From positions 40 through 64,039 of the IMG/VR virus record IMGVR_UViG_3300033121_001118: DNA of 64,000 nucleotides, one strand, 5' to 3'. Below the pieces are notes generated by a model. That model saw nothing but the letters and a program-made list of their open reading frames with translations. It was not told the DNA's origin and did not search any database. Of this stretch, positions 27,285 through 36,685 are shown piece by piece (positions within the stretch are counted from its first letter, which is position 1; every line of letters starts with the position of its first letter). Source of the stretch: a virus. Taxonomy: Duplodnaviria; Caudoviricetes. The position numbers were made by a program, and so were the translations under genes.

Positions 27285-27428
27285 CTACTCGTCCTTGTCC
27301 GCTCCGGTCACGGCTACGATCACCAGGACCGCGATGAGAATGAAGAGGAACGTGCCTCCTGCGAGGACTGCGTCCGCTTCGCTCCCTGGCATCGTGTTCT
27401 GGAGCACGTTCACTGCTACTGCTACCAT
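27285..27428 (-). CDS. 47-aa single-TM peptide (not in ORF track)
   Basis: GAGGAG RBS; GTFLFILIAVLVIVAV. Confidence 0.55.
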   Translation of the reverse strand: MVAVAVNVLQNTMPGSEADAVLAGGTFLFILIAVLVIVAVTGADKDE

Positions 27429-27460
27429 CTCGTCTCTCCTCTTGCTCGGGGAGTACCTCT

Positions 27461-27527
27461 CCCCTCTTAATGATAACGGTTCAAGATAAAGTCCCGATTA
27501 AGGCCAGATTAGTAGACGATTAGAGGA
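27461..27527 (-). promoter_or_regulatory. Phased-repeat promoter, copy 9
   Basis: -10 TATCAT (27470-27475); units at 27485, 27496, 27507, 27518. Confidence 0.8.
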
Positions 27528-27598
27528 CGTGAGAGGAGAAGAAGCGACGATCGTGGGAGATCGATCGTCGCTGCGGTGAGGCCTGGGGTCCGATGCTA

Positions 27599-28339
27599 TC
27601 AGCCAGTCAGCTGATCGGGTCGATGTCCCTCGATGCCTGGCCGGACGTCCATGTCGCGACCTTCCTTGTAGCCGCGGTTGTAGGCACCGTCGTGGCCAGC
27701 TGTCATCTGAAGATCAACAGCTCGGATCTTCGCGTACTTCTCGTTCACGTACTTCTCGACCGCCGTGTGTCGGACCACGACCAGGGTAGTGACTTCGGGA
27801 GAGTCGTGCTTCATCATCTCGCGGAGCTTCGACTTGATGCCGTCGACTACGCCTGCGACGTACGCCATGCGCCATGTCTTCGGGTGCTCTGGTCCGAACA
27901 GCTGCCCACGAACCGACTCCAAGCCGTACTTCCTCTTCATCGCTTCTGTGTGCTGGCCAGTGGCGTGATACGCCATGTCGCGGATCCGAAATCGGAGCTG
28001 CTCGAAGGTGTAGGTCGTGATCTCGAGGTCCTCGGGAGTGCCGTAGAAGAAGAGCGTGTACTTGTTGAACAGACACTTGCAGTTGAAGGCTTGAGCGACT
28101 GCCGTCCCCAGCTCCGTCTCCCAGATCTGTCGGGGCGTCTGGATGTTCGGAACCTTCGCGTCTGTGATCCTCGACTTCTCGGTCGTGAAAGCTACGTCGC
28201 CTTCGCCCAGCTGATACTCGATCATCAGCTCACGGGCCTTCGTAAGGGCAGCGGCTGCTTCGTTGGGATTGGCGCTCTCGCTGAGAGCCATCAGCTTCGC
28301 GACTTTAGCTTTGACTGACTCAAGATTTGGCGTTGTCAT
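27599..28339 (-). CDS. DUF2786-domain protein
   Basis: KVAKLMALSESANPNEAAAALTKARELM. Confidence 0.8.
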   Translation of the reverse strand: MTTPNLESVKAKVAKLMALSESANPNEAAAALTKARELMIEYQLGEGDVAFTTEKSRITDAKVPNIQTPRQIWETELGTAVAQAFNCKCLFNKYTLFFYGTPEDLEITTYTFEQLRFRIRDMAYHATGQHTEAMKRKYGLESVRGQLFGPEHPKTWRMAYVAGVVDGIKSKLREMMKHDSPEVTTLVVVRHTAVEKYVNEKYAKIRAVDLQMTAGHDGAYNRGYKEGRDMDVRPGIEGHRPDQLTG

Positions 28340-28698
28340 TTCACGTCTCCTTTGAAATGCTTCTCCCAGTACTTGCGGAGAGCGATGGGCAGTGCATATT
28401 GCATCACTTCACCGTCGTCGTCAACGAACTTCACGACTACCCACAGTCGGTGAGGTCGGCCGTTGAGCCTGATGCGGAAGTCGGCGTCATCCGAGCCGTC
28501 GCCGAGAACGTTCCCGAATGGGAAGGGCCGAGGCGGATCGATGTATCGACCCACCAGCTTCGCCCACTGCTCGAACGTCCCTCGGATGATCGGCGTGACT
28601 GCGAGCTTCTTCTCACGCGCTAACCACGGAGCGATCAGCGCTGCAACTTGTGTGTCCTTCGTGATGTGGATTGCCATCTTAGCCTCGACGTGCTCCAC
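28336..28698 (-). CDS. Hypothetical protein
   Basis: Coupled ORF, native codons. Confidence 0.6.
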   Translation of the reverse strand: MEHVEAKMAIHITKDTQVAALIAPWLAREKKLAVTPIIRGTFEQWAKLVGRYIDPPRPFPFGNVLGDGSDDADFRIRLNGRPHRLWVVVKFVDDDGEVMQYALPIALRKYWEKHFKGDVK

Positions 28699-28882
28699 GA
28701 CCTTTGGGCATCGGCAGGACGATCGGCTTGTCCCAGCCCAGCTGCTTCCGCATCACGCTGTCCCACTGATCGGGGAGCTCCGCAGCTGGTGAGAACCCCA
28801 TCAGCAGCTCGATTGCGTTCTCGATCGTCATCTGCTGGTCCTTCATGCTCTCCAGCGCTTTCCTCAACTCTCCTGCTTTCAT
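28679..28882 (-). CDS. Hypothetical protein
   Basis: GAGGAG RBS before MKAGELRK. Confidence 0.6.
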   Translation of the reverse strand: MKAGELRKALESMKDQQMTIENAIELLMGFSPAAELPDQWDSVMRKQLGWDKPIVLPMPKGRGARRG

Positions 28883-28920
28883 CGTCGTCTCCTCTTGATG
28901 TACCATAAAAATGACCGTCA

Positions 28921-28980
28921 CACCTTAATTGTAACGGTCACAGACTAAGAGGACATTAACGACAGATTAGAGGACGATTA
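28921..28980 (-). promoter_or_regulatory. Phased-repeat promoter, copy 10
   Basis: -10 TACAAT (28928-28933); units at 28943, 28954, 28965, 28976. Confidence 0.75.
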
Positions 28981-29265
28981 GCCCAGCTGCTTGTAGTAGA
29001 TCTTCAGCGCCTCCTCGAACTCCGCTTGTTTGCCGTTGGTCCCGGGCACCCACACCTTCACGTTCGCGGGGTGGGGGACTTTGTTGAGCTTGACGTTAGT
29101 TCCCTTCTCGACGAGCTTCACTCCACGGACGAGGAATGGGCCGTAGCGTCGAGCAATGGTGCCGAAGCTGCTGTTAAGCTTGTAGCTCGACATCCCCATC
29201 GCCTTCCGCATCGCTTCAGTGACTGTGCACTCGATCCGAGTGCCTTCCTGCATGTTGTACATCAA
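28978..29265 (-). CDS. Hypothetical protein
   Basis: GGAGG RBS, coupled. Confidence 0.65.
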   Translation of the reverse strand: MMYNMQEGTRIECTVTEAMRKAMGMSSYKLNSSFGTIARRYGPFLVRGVKLVEKGTNVKLNKVPHPANVKVWVPGTNGKQAEFEEALKIYYKQLG

Positions 29266-29444
29266 CCACCTCCCGCGATTGCTACGTATGCGATTGCTCC
29301 GAGAACGATCAGCCCGAGGAGGATCAAGATCGTCTTCATCGACGCTGGTTTCTCCTCGTAGGGGTTGTTCACGATGCGGTCAGCCAGCTCCTGCTGGGTC
29401 TTGAGAAGCTTCCCTTCGAGCTCCTCACGAATGGGGTCGCGCAT
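29262..29444 (-). CDS. Small protein with C-terminal TM
   Basis: TILILLGLIVLGAIAYVAIA. Confidence 0.65.
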   Translation of the reverse strand: MRDPIREELEGKLLKTQQELADRIVNNPYEEKPASMKTILILLGLIVLGAIAYVAIAGGG

Positions 29445-29445
29445 G

Positions 29446-30012
29446 TTAGTTGCTCCTCGCGATGGACATCATCTTCATCTTGAGCGGGAACGAGAGAGTA
29501 CCGAAGACGCCGATCCGCTCCTCGACGGCTTCGAAGACGACTGGTTCGTCGGGGATGGGGATAGCCGTGCCGCCACGACCATACACCCACACCCAGTAGT
29601 GGTACCGAGCGATCAGGCGTCCCAAGAGAATCTCCAGGTCTTCGGGACGCTTGTGTAGGACAAGACCATCAGTAAGCTGGATCATCAAGGCCTTAACGTC
29701 CTCCTGCGAAGACCAAGGCGACTCTGCAGTGTCCTTCGACACGGCGCCGTCGATAGTCCACGTCTCCCGATTGATGTACAGGTAGGTAGCATGGCCGATG
29801 ACTTCGTCGTCGTACAAGCTGTCGAAGGTCGCTGAACAGTTCTGGCACATCGGCTGCGAGGCATCAGTCGGCAGTGAGCAGCGTGGGCAGTGTTTCCAGA
29901 CGATGTGAGCGATCGGCTCCCCGCAGAGCGGGCAGACGTCAGTCGGCATCTGGTCCTCGAAGATCCAGGCGTTGCACTTCGGGCAGATGCAGTGAAGAGG
30001 TACACGTTTCAT
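29446..30012 (-). CDS. Double zinc-ribbon protein
   Basis: CICPKC, CPLC, CPRC, CQNC. Confidence 0.7.
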   Translation of the reverse strand: MKRVPLHCICPKCNAWIFEDQMPTDVCPLCGEPIAHIVWKHCPRCSLPTDASQPMCQNCSATFDSLYDDEVIGHATYLYINRETWTIDGAVSKDTAESPWSSQEDVKALMIQLTDGLVLHKRPEDLEILLGRLIARYHYWVWVYGRGGTAIPIPDEPVVFEAVEERIGVFGTLSFPLKMKMMSIARSN

Positions 30013-30167
30013 TTCGAGGACCTCCAGTCGCTCGTAGCAAGGATGATGACGATTCCGATCAAGCCGACGACGAACTTGGCAACCACCGAGAGCCAGAAGC
30101 TCTCGGGGTTGTAGGTGCTGCCGACGATCATCCCCAGAATGAGGAATGCGATTTCACGGGATTTCAT
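30009..30167 (-). CDS. 52-aa two-TM protein (not in ORF track)
   Basis: MKSREIAFLILGMIVG...FVVGLIGIVIILA; ATGA overlap. Confidence 0.55.
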   Translation of the reverse strand: MKSREIAFLILGMIVGSTYNPESFWLSVVAKFVVGLIGIVIILATSDWRSSK

Positions 30168-30168
30168 C

Positions 30169-30753
30169 TCACCACCCCATGTAGCTTTCTTCGAGCGACT
30201 TCATCTCGCTCTGGTAGTTGCGGCGAGCCTGATGGTAGAGCTCCTTCGGTGCGATGGTCGCGAGAACGTCCTCTTCGCTGTGCACTCCGAAGTACTCGGG
30301 TTCCGGGATGAACTGAGTGCCGAACTCACGTGCGATGAGGCGAACGATGGTCCGCTCGCCTGGGGCCGGTGAGTAGCCCCGCTCTTCGATCGGGTACGCA
30401 CGTTCGCCTGCATCGACTGCCCAGCTGTAGTGGTTGACCTGGTGTCGGTCACGAACGATGCGCTCGGGGCGTCGCAGCGGCGTCACCTTGCTCCAGCGGC
30501 AGGTCTGGCCGTCGGAAGCGTAGTAGGTAGCTCCGGGCTCCATCACGACCATGCCCTTGACTTCGAGGACGTTGACTGCTGCCAAGACGTACTCCCGCTT
30601 CGCTGTGGACGTGAAGACTGCTTCCGCCCGCTCGATCGCTTCATCGAGCTCGGTGTAGATCTCGACTTCGTCGAGGATCCCGCCGTCGACCGTGTAGACC
30701 TTCTCCAGGCCCAGGTCGGTCTCAGTGTGCATCGCGGTCGTGTCGATTTTCAT
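30169..30753 (-). CDS. Hypothetical protein
   Basis: GAGGAG RBS, native codons. Confidence 0.7.
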   Translation of the reverse strand: MKIDTTAMHTETDLGLEKVYTVDGGILDEVEIYTELDEAIERAEAVFTSTAKREYVLAAVNVLEVKGMVVMEPGATYYASDGQTCRWSKVTPLRRPERIVRDRHQVNHYSWAVDAGERAYPIEERGYSPAPGERTIVRLIAREFGTQFIPEPEYFGVHSEEDVLATIAPKELYHQARRNYQSEMKSLEESYMGW

Positions 30754-30789
30754 GATTCGTCTCCTCTTGCGAGCGTTGAAATGAACTCC

Positions 30790-30855
30790 GTCCTCTTAAT
30801 GATAACGCCTCAAGATAAAGCCCCGATTAAATCGAGATTAGAAGACGATTAGAGG
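30790..30855 (-). promoter_or_regulatory. Phased-repeat promoter, copy 11
   Basis: -10 TATCAT (30799-30804); units at 30814, 30825, 30836, 30847. Confidence 0.8.
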
Positions 30856-30925
30856 TCGTGACATAGCGGGGCCCCAGCGGTGACGAGTCGCCAGGGCCCC
30901 AAAGCAAAGAGGAGAGAGGTGATAG

Positions 30926-31207
30926 CTAGATGATTCGGAAGTTCGGCGTGATGGCCGAACGGAGCTCACGGGTGAGGATCGCATGATCGTCGATGTACCT
31001 CGCACCACCGTGAGACACGAAGATTGAGACCACACCACGCTCCGTCTGAATCGAAGCGATCGGTGTTGCGGGTAGGACGCTTTCGACCTTCCTGACGCGG
31101 ATCATGTCGTCGGGACTCTGCTCGAGTGTGTACGGCAACCCCTCCAAGCGACGTCGAAGGTCGATCATCAAGTCTTCCGTGAACTGCGCGTTCGTCTTCT
31201 GTTTCAT
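30926..31207 (-). CDS. Hypothetical protein (possibly leaderless)
   Basis: ATG ~6 nt after the -10 of promoter copy 12. Confidence 0.6.
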   Translation of the reverse strand: MKQKTNAQFTEDLMIDLRRRLEGLPYTLEQSPDDMIRVRKVESVLPATPIASIQTERGVVSIFVSHGGARYIDDHAILTRELRSAITPNFRII

Positions 31208-31209
31208 AG

Positions 31210-31260
31210 TCTTATTGTACCTCCGAGAGATTAAAGGCAGATTAAGAGAGTCTAATGAGA
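31210..31260 (-). promoter_or_regulatory. Phased-repeat promoter, copy 12
   Basis: -10 TACAAT (31214-31219); units at 31229, 31240. Confidence 0.65.
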
Positions 31261-31297
31261 TGCTAAGAAGGGGCCCGATAACGAGCCCCTTGCTTCA

Positions 31298-31597
31298 CTA
31301 CGCCTTCACGTCGCCGTTGATGACCCGGACGAACCAGCGGTAGATCATGCGGACGAGCTGACGAATGTCGCTCTCCGTCTCCTGACCGATCGCCCACTCC
31401 TCGAAGCGGAGCTCCGCGATGAGCGTGCCAGGGTTCTTCGTCTGGTGCATCCGCTCCATCCACTCCTTCACGGTGTACAGCAGCACGCTGTACTTGCCAT
31501 CGCCGCCACCGATGAGGACGCGATACTCGAGACCGTCGTTGAACGCCAGCTCTTCCTCAACTCGCTCTGCAATCGACTGACCTGTTGCTTCTTTCAT
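31298..31597 (-). CDS. Hypothetical protein
   Basis: AGGAG RBS. Confidence 0.7.
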   Translation of the reverse strand: MKEATGQSIAERVEEELAFNDGLEYRVLIGGGDGKYSVLLYTVKEWMERMHQTKNPGTLIAELRFEEWAIGQETESDIRQLVRMIYRWFVRVINGDVKA

Positions 31598-31649
31598 GAT
31601 CGTGTCTCCTTGTGATGAAGGGGCCCTCGCGGGCCCCTCGCTAGGTTGC

Positions 31650-31852
31650 TTACTCGGCGTCGCTCGCCATCTCTTCGGCTTCGAAATTGGGGTCGATGAA
31701 AGCGGTCCACTTACTCCCCGTGAAGATCTCCTGCACGTCTTTCACCACCTGAATCGTCGAGATGGACCAGTCGCCGTCTCTGTCCGTCTCCACGTCGAGG
31801 ACCGTGGTGAGCTCTCGACCTGGATCCGTACGACGATCTGCTTCTTCGTCAC
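31650..31852 (-). pseudogene. Small gene broken by a 2-bp AG duplication
   Basis: GTC GAG [AG] CTC ACC; removing AG gives 66 aa MTKKQIVVRIQVELTTVLDVETD...ASDAE with native codons. Confidence 0.65.
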
Positions 31853-32052
31853 TTGGCTGCCCCTTCCTGAATCGCCTGCTTCGCCCAATCGATCAGCTTG
31901 CCGCGCTCGTCCCGACCGATGGTCCGGCTGGTGGGGTCCGCGAATTCTCGCATCGCACTGCAGAGGCCGTGGAAGTCCACTTCGCCCGTCGTGCTGGTGA
32001 AGTTCTTCACCTGCTCCTTCCCGTATGCTAGCACTTTCGCCTTGCTCTTCAT
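31849..32052 (-). CDS. Hypothetical protein
   Basis: GAGGAG RBS before MKSKAK. Confidence 0.65.
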   Translation of the reverse strand: MKSKAKVLAYGKEQVKNFTSTTGEVDFHGLCSAMREFADPTSRTIGRDERGKLIDWAKQAIQEGAAK

Positions 32053-32089
32053 CGCTTGCTCCTCTCGCTCGCTTGAAAATGAACACCGT

Positions 32090-32152
32090 CCTCTTAAGTA
32101 TAGCGTACCAAGATAAACCCCCAATTAAGGGAAGATTAGAGGACGATTAGAG
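32090..32152 (-). promoter_or_regulatory. Phased-repeat promoter, copy 13
   Basis: -10 TATACT (32097-32102); units at 32112, 32123, 32134, 32145. Confidence 0.8.
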
Positions 32153-32772
32153 TTCCCGAGAAGACGTGAACGATGTGAGCGGAAGGAGCGAGCTGTCAAT
32201 CTGACTCGCTCGCGGATGAAGGCTACGGGGTGATCGGTCGCGAAGGGAGCGAAATGAGGCTTCTGTCGCGTCTTGATGATCCGGCGACGTCCGATGGGTG
32301 CGCCATCCATCAGCCAGTGCACTATATCGGGCACGCACCAGCCTAAGAAGAATGCGCTGAAATACGCAGAGGCAAAGAGCTCCTTGAAGACATCAGTAAG
32401 ATGGATGGTTGATAGCCACAGTCCTCTGGACCACAGCCAAGAATACGCAGTTGCGTACAAGATCGCGATGAACGTCCCGAGAAAAGGCAGGTGGGAGAGC
32501 TTCGATCGATGCGGGAGGATGAGCGCGAGGGGGAACCAGAAGACGAGGAAGATGATCTCGATCAACCAGCCGATAAGCGGGATGGTCGAGAGAAAGAACG
32601 ACGGGTAGGTCTTGCGTTCGATGTCCCTGACATCAGGTGTCACGACCCAGCCGACAACACTCCCGACCGTGAAAGCGATCGCGTAGTCAGGCTGAAGGTA
32701 GTAGAAGGCAAGCGGGGCTGCGATTGCAGTCGCAGCCACCGAAGCCTTGAAGTGCGTAGAGCCGTCGGACAT
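32125..32772 (-). CDS. DUF2227-like metal-binding multi-pass membrane protein
   Basis: GSTH, PDVRD, HRSKLSH, HWLMD motifs with TM helices. Confidence 0.7.
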   Translation of the reverse strand: MSDGSTHFKASVAATAIAAPLAFYYLQPDYAIAFTVGSVVGWVVTPDVRDIERKTYPSFFLSTIPLIGWLIEIIFLVFWFPLALILPHRSKLSHLPFLGTFIAILYATAYSWLWSRGLWLSTIHLTDVFKELFASAYFSAFFLGWCVPDIVHWLMDGAPIGRRRIIKTRQKPHFAPFATDHPVAFIRERVRLTARSFRSHRSRLLGNSNRPLIFP

Positions 32773-32773
32773 T

Positions 32774-33229
32774 CTAGAACCGGAGCACCGAGTCGCCTGG
32801 CTTGGGGAGCTCGATGGGCGTGCCTACGATCGCTGCAGGAGGTTGCAGAGCAGTCGTCTGGGTCTGCTCGGGTAGGGCGTTGTTCGAGGACCAACCGCCG
32901 CCACGACGGCCAGCACCGAGACGGACGTTGTCCGTGTAGGCATCGACGATGTCCTGCTGCATGAACACCTTCGCTGAGGACTCGGTCGCACGAAGAGCGA
33001 TGTCCGCTCCACCGCGAATCAACAGGAAGATGACGCCGACGACTGTGAGGAGGCCGCAGAAGATGAGAGAGATCTGGACGCCGCCCTCGCCGAAGGCGAA
33101 GTAGACTGTCAAGCCGACCACGACGAAAGCCAAGAGTCCCATCGACACGAAAGGGACGATCTTCTCCGGCAAGCTCTTCTGCGATACGAGCGGTTCGAAC
33201 TCGAACTCAGACTGCTTCTTCCGACCCAT
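32774..33229 (-). CDS. Two-TM membrane protein
   Basis: Two hydrophobic segments; coupled to FtsK-like gene. Confidence 0.7.
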   Translation of the reverse strand: MGRKKQSEFEFEPLVSQKSLPEKIVPFVSMGLLAFVVVGLTVYFAFGEGGVQISLIFCGLLTVVGVIFLLIRGGADIALRATESSAKVFMQQDIVDAYTDNVRLGAGRRGGGWSSNNALPEQTQTTALQPPAAIVGTPIELPKPGDSVLRF

Positions 33230-34520
33230 GCTGTCTCTCCTTTGCTAGAACCTCGAGCGCTCGTCTCAAGCGCCCGTCTGTGGAGCCTCCCGGCTCCGTT
33301 CCTAGAGCTCGAGCGAGTGCACTCCACCCGCCCCGTTTCATTGCCCTGCCCTTGAAGTCGTACCAACTGTCGACCACCGACCGAAGGGCTTCCGCGTCGG
33401 CGTTGACATCGAATTTCGGCGGTTCTTCCGCGATTCTCTCTTCTCTCTCGGGGGTTTCTCGCACTTTGGTCGGGAGAATCACCGGGGACTTCAGCGTCCC
33501 CCACCGCTCGAGAGGGAGAGAAGAGTGCTTGTCGTTCGTCATGAAAGCCTGGAACTTGACGACGTCGGAGCCGACCTTCGCGAAGAGCATCGCGCCCTTC
33601 CCAGGCAGACGATCGGCGCCTCCACCGCTCACTCCAAGCACGTCCGTGCTCTCTCTGGGGTTGCGCAGTCGACCGACTAGACGCAGACCGAACTGCTGAA
33701 GCAGGTCCGTGCCGACAGTCGAGCTGTCCGGCTTGTGAACTGTCGCGACCAAGTGAACTCGGAGCTCTCGACCTTGACGTCCGATCGTCACGAGCTCCTT
33801 CAGCATCAGGTCGGTCAACCCCTGCGTGTGGAACTCGGCTATCTCATCGATCGCGAGAACGACGATCGGGCCGGACGTCTCGGAGGCCTTCCGATACTCG
33901 AGGATGCCGCTGACCTTCTGCACGACCTCTCTGACCTTGTCGGGAGCCGTGACGACCTCGCCCTGCAGGTGCGGCATCCCTTTCAAGAACATCAGTCCGC
34001 GACGCTTCATGTCGCAGGCGAAGATCTGCAGCTGGTCGGGAGGCGTGGAGTACATCAAGCTCGTCAAGAAGGTTCGCGTAGCGATCGACTTCCCCGAGCC
34101 AGTCATCCCAGCGATCAAGACGTGAGCGGTCTCGGGTGAGGCCAAGTCCACGCCTAGCGTGATGGTCTCGCTCACGAGGAACCGCTGACCGATGATTGCT
34201 GTTCCCGTCGGGAGTCGGTCTAGCTCACGCTTCGAGAGCTCGATCGGCTCGGGGACCGGGCGGAGCACTTCGATGATCGCAGGCGAGGACGACTGAAGGA
34301 TCAGCTTCAAGTCGGACCGACCTAGACGAGCGTTCGTCTCTCGTTCGATGTCGTCGAGAGCGTCCTGCAAGGTCCGGAGACGCCCACCGCGAAGCACCGA
34401 TACCGGGAAGAAGATCCCGGTCGGTGTCTCGCGATAGACGTATCGTTTCCGTTCTAGGTCATAGCCGATGACCGCTGGGATCCGGAGCTCCTGAGCGATC
34501 GTCGACATGGTGTAGGCCAA
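33207..34520 (-). CDS. FtsK/SpoIIIE-family ATPase with C-terminal HTH-like tail
   Basis: HVLIAGMTGSGKS, CDMK, IDEIAE, GRELRVHLVAT, LPGKGAM; start uncertain. Confidence 0.88.
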   Translation of the reverse strand: MAYTMSTIAQELRIPAVIGYDLERKRYVYRETPTGIFFPVSVLRGGRLRTLQDALDDIERETNARLGRSDLKLILQSSSPAIIEVLRPVPEPIELSKRELDRLPTGTAIIGQRFLVSETITLGVDLASPETAHVLIAGMTGSGKSIATRTFLTSLMYSTPPDQLQIFACDMKRRGLMFLKGMPHLQGEVVTAPDKVREVVQKVSGILEYRKASETSGPIVVLAIDEIAEFHTQGLTDLMLKELVTIGRQGRELRVHLVATVHKPDSSTVGTDLLQQFGLRLVGRLRNPRESTDVLGVSGGGADRLPGKGAMLFAKVGSDVVKFQAFMTNDKHSSLPLERWGTLKSPVILPTKVRETPEREERIAEEPPKFDVNADAEALRSVVDSWYDFKGRAMKRGGWSALARALGTEPGGSTDGRLRRALEVLAKERQHGSEEAV

Positions 34521-34530
34521 GATGTCGACG

Positions 34531-35088
34531 TTACACCCTCCCTTCGGTCTTCCCTAAACGTGATGGCGGACGACGTCCACTAGCTTTAGCTCTCTCGCTC
34601 ATCTGAGCTCTGACTTCTGGCGAACGGGTCTTTCCACGAAGCTTCTCCACTCGCTTTTGGATAGTCTCTGGACTCTGCTTCCTCCCGGAATTAGCCCTAC
34701 GTGACATCTCGATATGAGCAGCCTTTCGGTCCTCAGTCCAAGATGCACTCAGCTTCTCCCGATGTTCTTTGGAATGACGAGTCCCTCGAGCACTAGGCGG
34801 CTTCCCCGCGATGGGGTTGACGTTATACAGCATTCCCGAGTGCCAACTAGTATCCAGCCAAACTTGTTCACGGTCGAGGAGATGCGATTCCTCGCATTGC
34901 TCCACGATCGTGAACTCGAAGGCTTCAGCTCCGTATTTCGCCCAAGCGTTGGCGAGAGGCGGATTGAAGTGATCTCCTACATTCAGGCTCTTCCGATGCA
35001 TCAACCAACGAGACTCGATGTTGACGGAGCTCCCGATGTAGCGCCTCCCCGAAGCTTTGTGGACGATTGCGTAAATGCCTGATGTCAT
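34531..35088 (-). CDS. GIY-YIG homing endonuclease with NUMOD3-like repeats
   Basis: SGIYAI...RYIGSS...RWLMH, REQVWLD, YNV, HSKEHREKLS. Confidence 0.9.
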   Translation of the reverse strand: MTSGIYAIVHKASGRRYIGSSVNIESRWLMHRKSLNVGDHFNPPLANAWAKYGAEAFEFTIVEQCEESHLLDREQVWLDTSWHSGMLYNVNPIAGKPPSARGTRHSKEHREKLSASWTEDRKAAHIEMSRRANSGRKQSPETIQKRVEKLRGKTRSPEVRAQMSERAKASGRRPPSRLGKTEGRV

Positions 35089-35442
35089 CTATTCTCCTAG
35101 GTAGCGCTTGACTGCCTTCCGAGCCAGCTTCTCAGCTTCCTTCTCGACGTTTACGCCCTTCGCTAGCTTCACTACGCCCTTCGCGACTAGCGGGGATTCG
35201 AGCTCGAAATCCTTCACTGTCCACGTGACCGAAGCATCGGCGTTCGTGACCATCTCGACTTCGCAGCCCTTCACGTTCATCACTACGGTCTTCGGCTTCA
35301 GCTCCTGGCGCTTCTCTTCCAGCTTCGCTAGCTCTGCTGCTGCCTCCTTGTCCAGGAGCTCCGTCGCCTGCTTCAGAATCTCTGCCAGCATCTCGTTGAA
35401 CTGCTGTGCCCGCTCCCGATCCGTCTCCAGCCCTGCGCTCAT
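35089..35442 (-). CDS. Hypothetical protein
   Basis: AGGAGACGAACGATG start motif. Confidence 0.7.
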   Translation of the reverse strand: MSAGLETDRERAQQFNEMLAEILKQATELLDKEAAAELAKLEEKRQELKPKTVVMNVKGCEVEMVTNADASVTWTVKDFELESPLVAKGVVKLAKGVNVEKEAEKLARKAVKRYLGE

Positions 35443-35490
35443 CGTTCGTCTCCTGTTTCCTTTGCCTGCTCACGTTGCCTTATGTATGTC

Positions 35491-35518
35491 AGTATAGCAC
35501 ACTGTATCCCATTGTCAA
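35491..35518 (-). promoter_or_regulatory. Canonical sigma70-type promoter at island edge
   Basis: TTGACA-16-TATACT with TGn extension. Confidence 0.7.
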
Positions 35519-35555
35519 TAGGTGCAATGTAAATCTTTTGCGCCGTTCCGCAACG

Positions 35556-35580
35556 AAAACCCCGGCTGCGGCGGCCGGGG
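35556..35580 (-). terminator. Rho-independent terminator
   Basis: CCCCGGC-CGCCGCA-GCCGGGG-TTTT. Confidence 0.7.
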
Positions 35581-35606
35581 CGGGGGTGCGGCGTTGGGGA
35601 AGTCGC

Positions 35607-35963
35607 TCACGGCAGCACCGCCCTCATACCCTTCTCCGTCAACCACCATTTGCCGCCAAGTCCAAGATGCGACCTGACGTGTACGCGCTTGTTCTCTGTC
35701 CAGCCTAAACGCAGCCGCCGCAGTGGGCGCTTTTGTCGAAGCACCGGCCACGCGCTCGCCCGCTTCAGGTAGCCACGGGCACATAGGCGCTCGGCGATGG
35801 TTGCCTCAATAGAATAGGCACACGTAGCGTAACTATCCCACTCATAGAACACCCTCCCCGCCGTGTCGTCCATTCCGCCCAACACGGCGTACACCGGTCG
35901 CGACTGCGCCCTCTTGACGCGACGCAACAGACGTAATTGTCGTTCGCTGAGTTTGCTTGTCAT
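35607..35963 (-). CDS. Hypothetical protein (island)
   Basis: ATGA overlap with upstream gene. Confidence 0.55.
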   Translation of the reverse strand: MTSKLSERQLRLLRRVKRAQSRPVYAVLGGMDDTAGRVFYEWDSYATCAYSIEATIAERLCARGYLKRASAWPVLRQKRPLRRLRLGWTENKRVHVRSHLGLGGKWWLTEKGMRAVLP

Positions 35964-36685
35964 GATACAGTCGCCTTATCACCGAAACACAAACGCCCGT
36001 TCGTGTCGGTCCACACAAGCCCCACGCCGCCCGTGATAGTGCCGCCTACTACGGTGTCGCTGCTGACCGAAGAATCGCCTGTGCCCGAAACGGTAAGCGT
36101 AGTAGGCGGATTGGTGCCATCACTTACCCAACCGGATACTACGGACGCGGCCGGCTGTAGTGCCGCCAACTTCGCCTGCAATAGTGCCACCATCGCCTCT
36201 GCCGCCAATAGTTCGTCGTACACCTGGTAGGCGTGTAGTCGCGTCTGTATCTCCGTCCACTTGTCCAGTGGCACCCACACGCCCGTTCCCTTGCCGGGGG
36301 TGCTGCCGGTGGTCAGGGCCAGCGCGGCTTCTGCCGCGTCGCGCTCGGCGGTGAGGGCGGCGGCGATCTCGCGGGCGCCTGCTATTGCCCGCATATACGA
36401 ATCCCGTTCACGCCGCGCCTTGTCGCGGTCACTCTCCATTTTTCCGGCTAGTTTTTGCAGGGCGTCACGCTCTCCCGTCAGCCGTTCCACCTCGGCCAGC
36501 AGCGTGTCAATGTCGGCGGGGGCGGCGGCGATGTGTACCGCAATTTCAGGTGAGTAGCAATCGGCAACCCATAGCCCGTCACTATCAACAACGGTACGCC
36601 TGTACTGGTTCGGCTTGATAGTCAACCCGTCACAGTCGGCTTTTGCTGCCTCCCGCCGCGCCTTGATTGCCGCCATGTCGTTCAT
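35960..36685 (-). CDS. Ead/Ea22-like domain protein (island)
   Basis: AVHIAAAPADIDTLLAEVERL followed by coiled coil. Confidence 0.65.
   Translation of the reverse strand: MNDMAAIKARREAAKADCDGLTIKPNQYRRTVVDSDGLWVADCYSPEIAVHIAAAPADIDTLLAEVERLTGERDALQKLAGKMESDRDKARRERDSYMRAIAGAREIAAALTAERDAAEAALALTTGSTPGKGTGVWVPLDKWTEIQTRLHAYQVYDELLAAEAMVALLQAKLAALQPAASVVSGWVSDGTNPPTTLTVSGTGDSSVSSDTVVGGTITGGVGLVWTDTNGRLCFGDKATVS

Noticed and set aside
34531-35088. Group I intron housing the GIY-YIG ORF
   Set aside because: No recognisable P/Q/R/S core or flanking non-coding space; the upstream ORF ends with its own stop directly before the ATG
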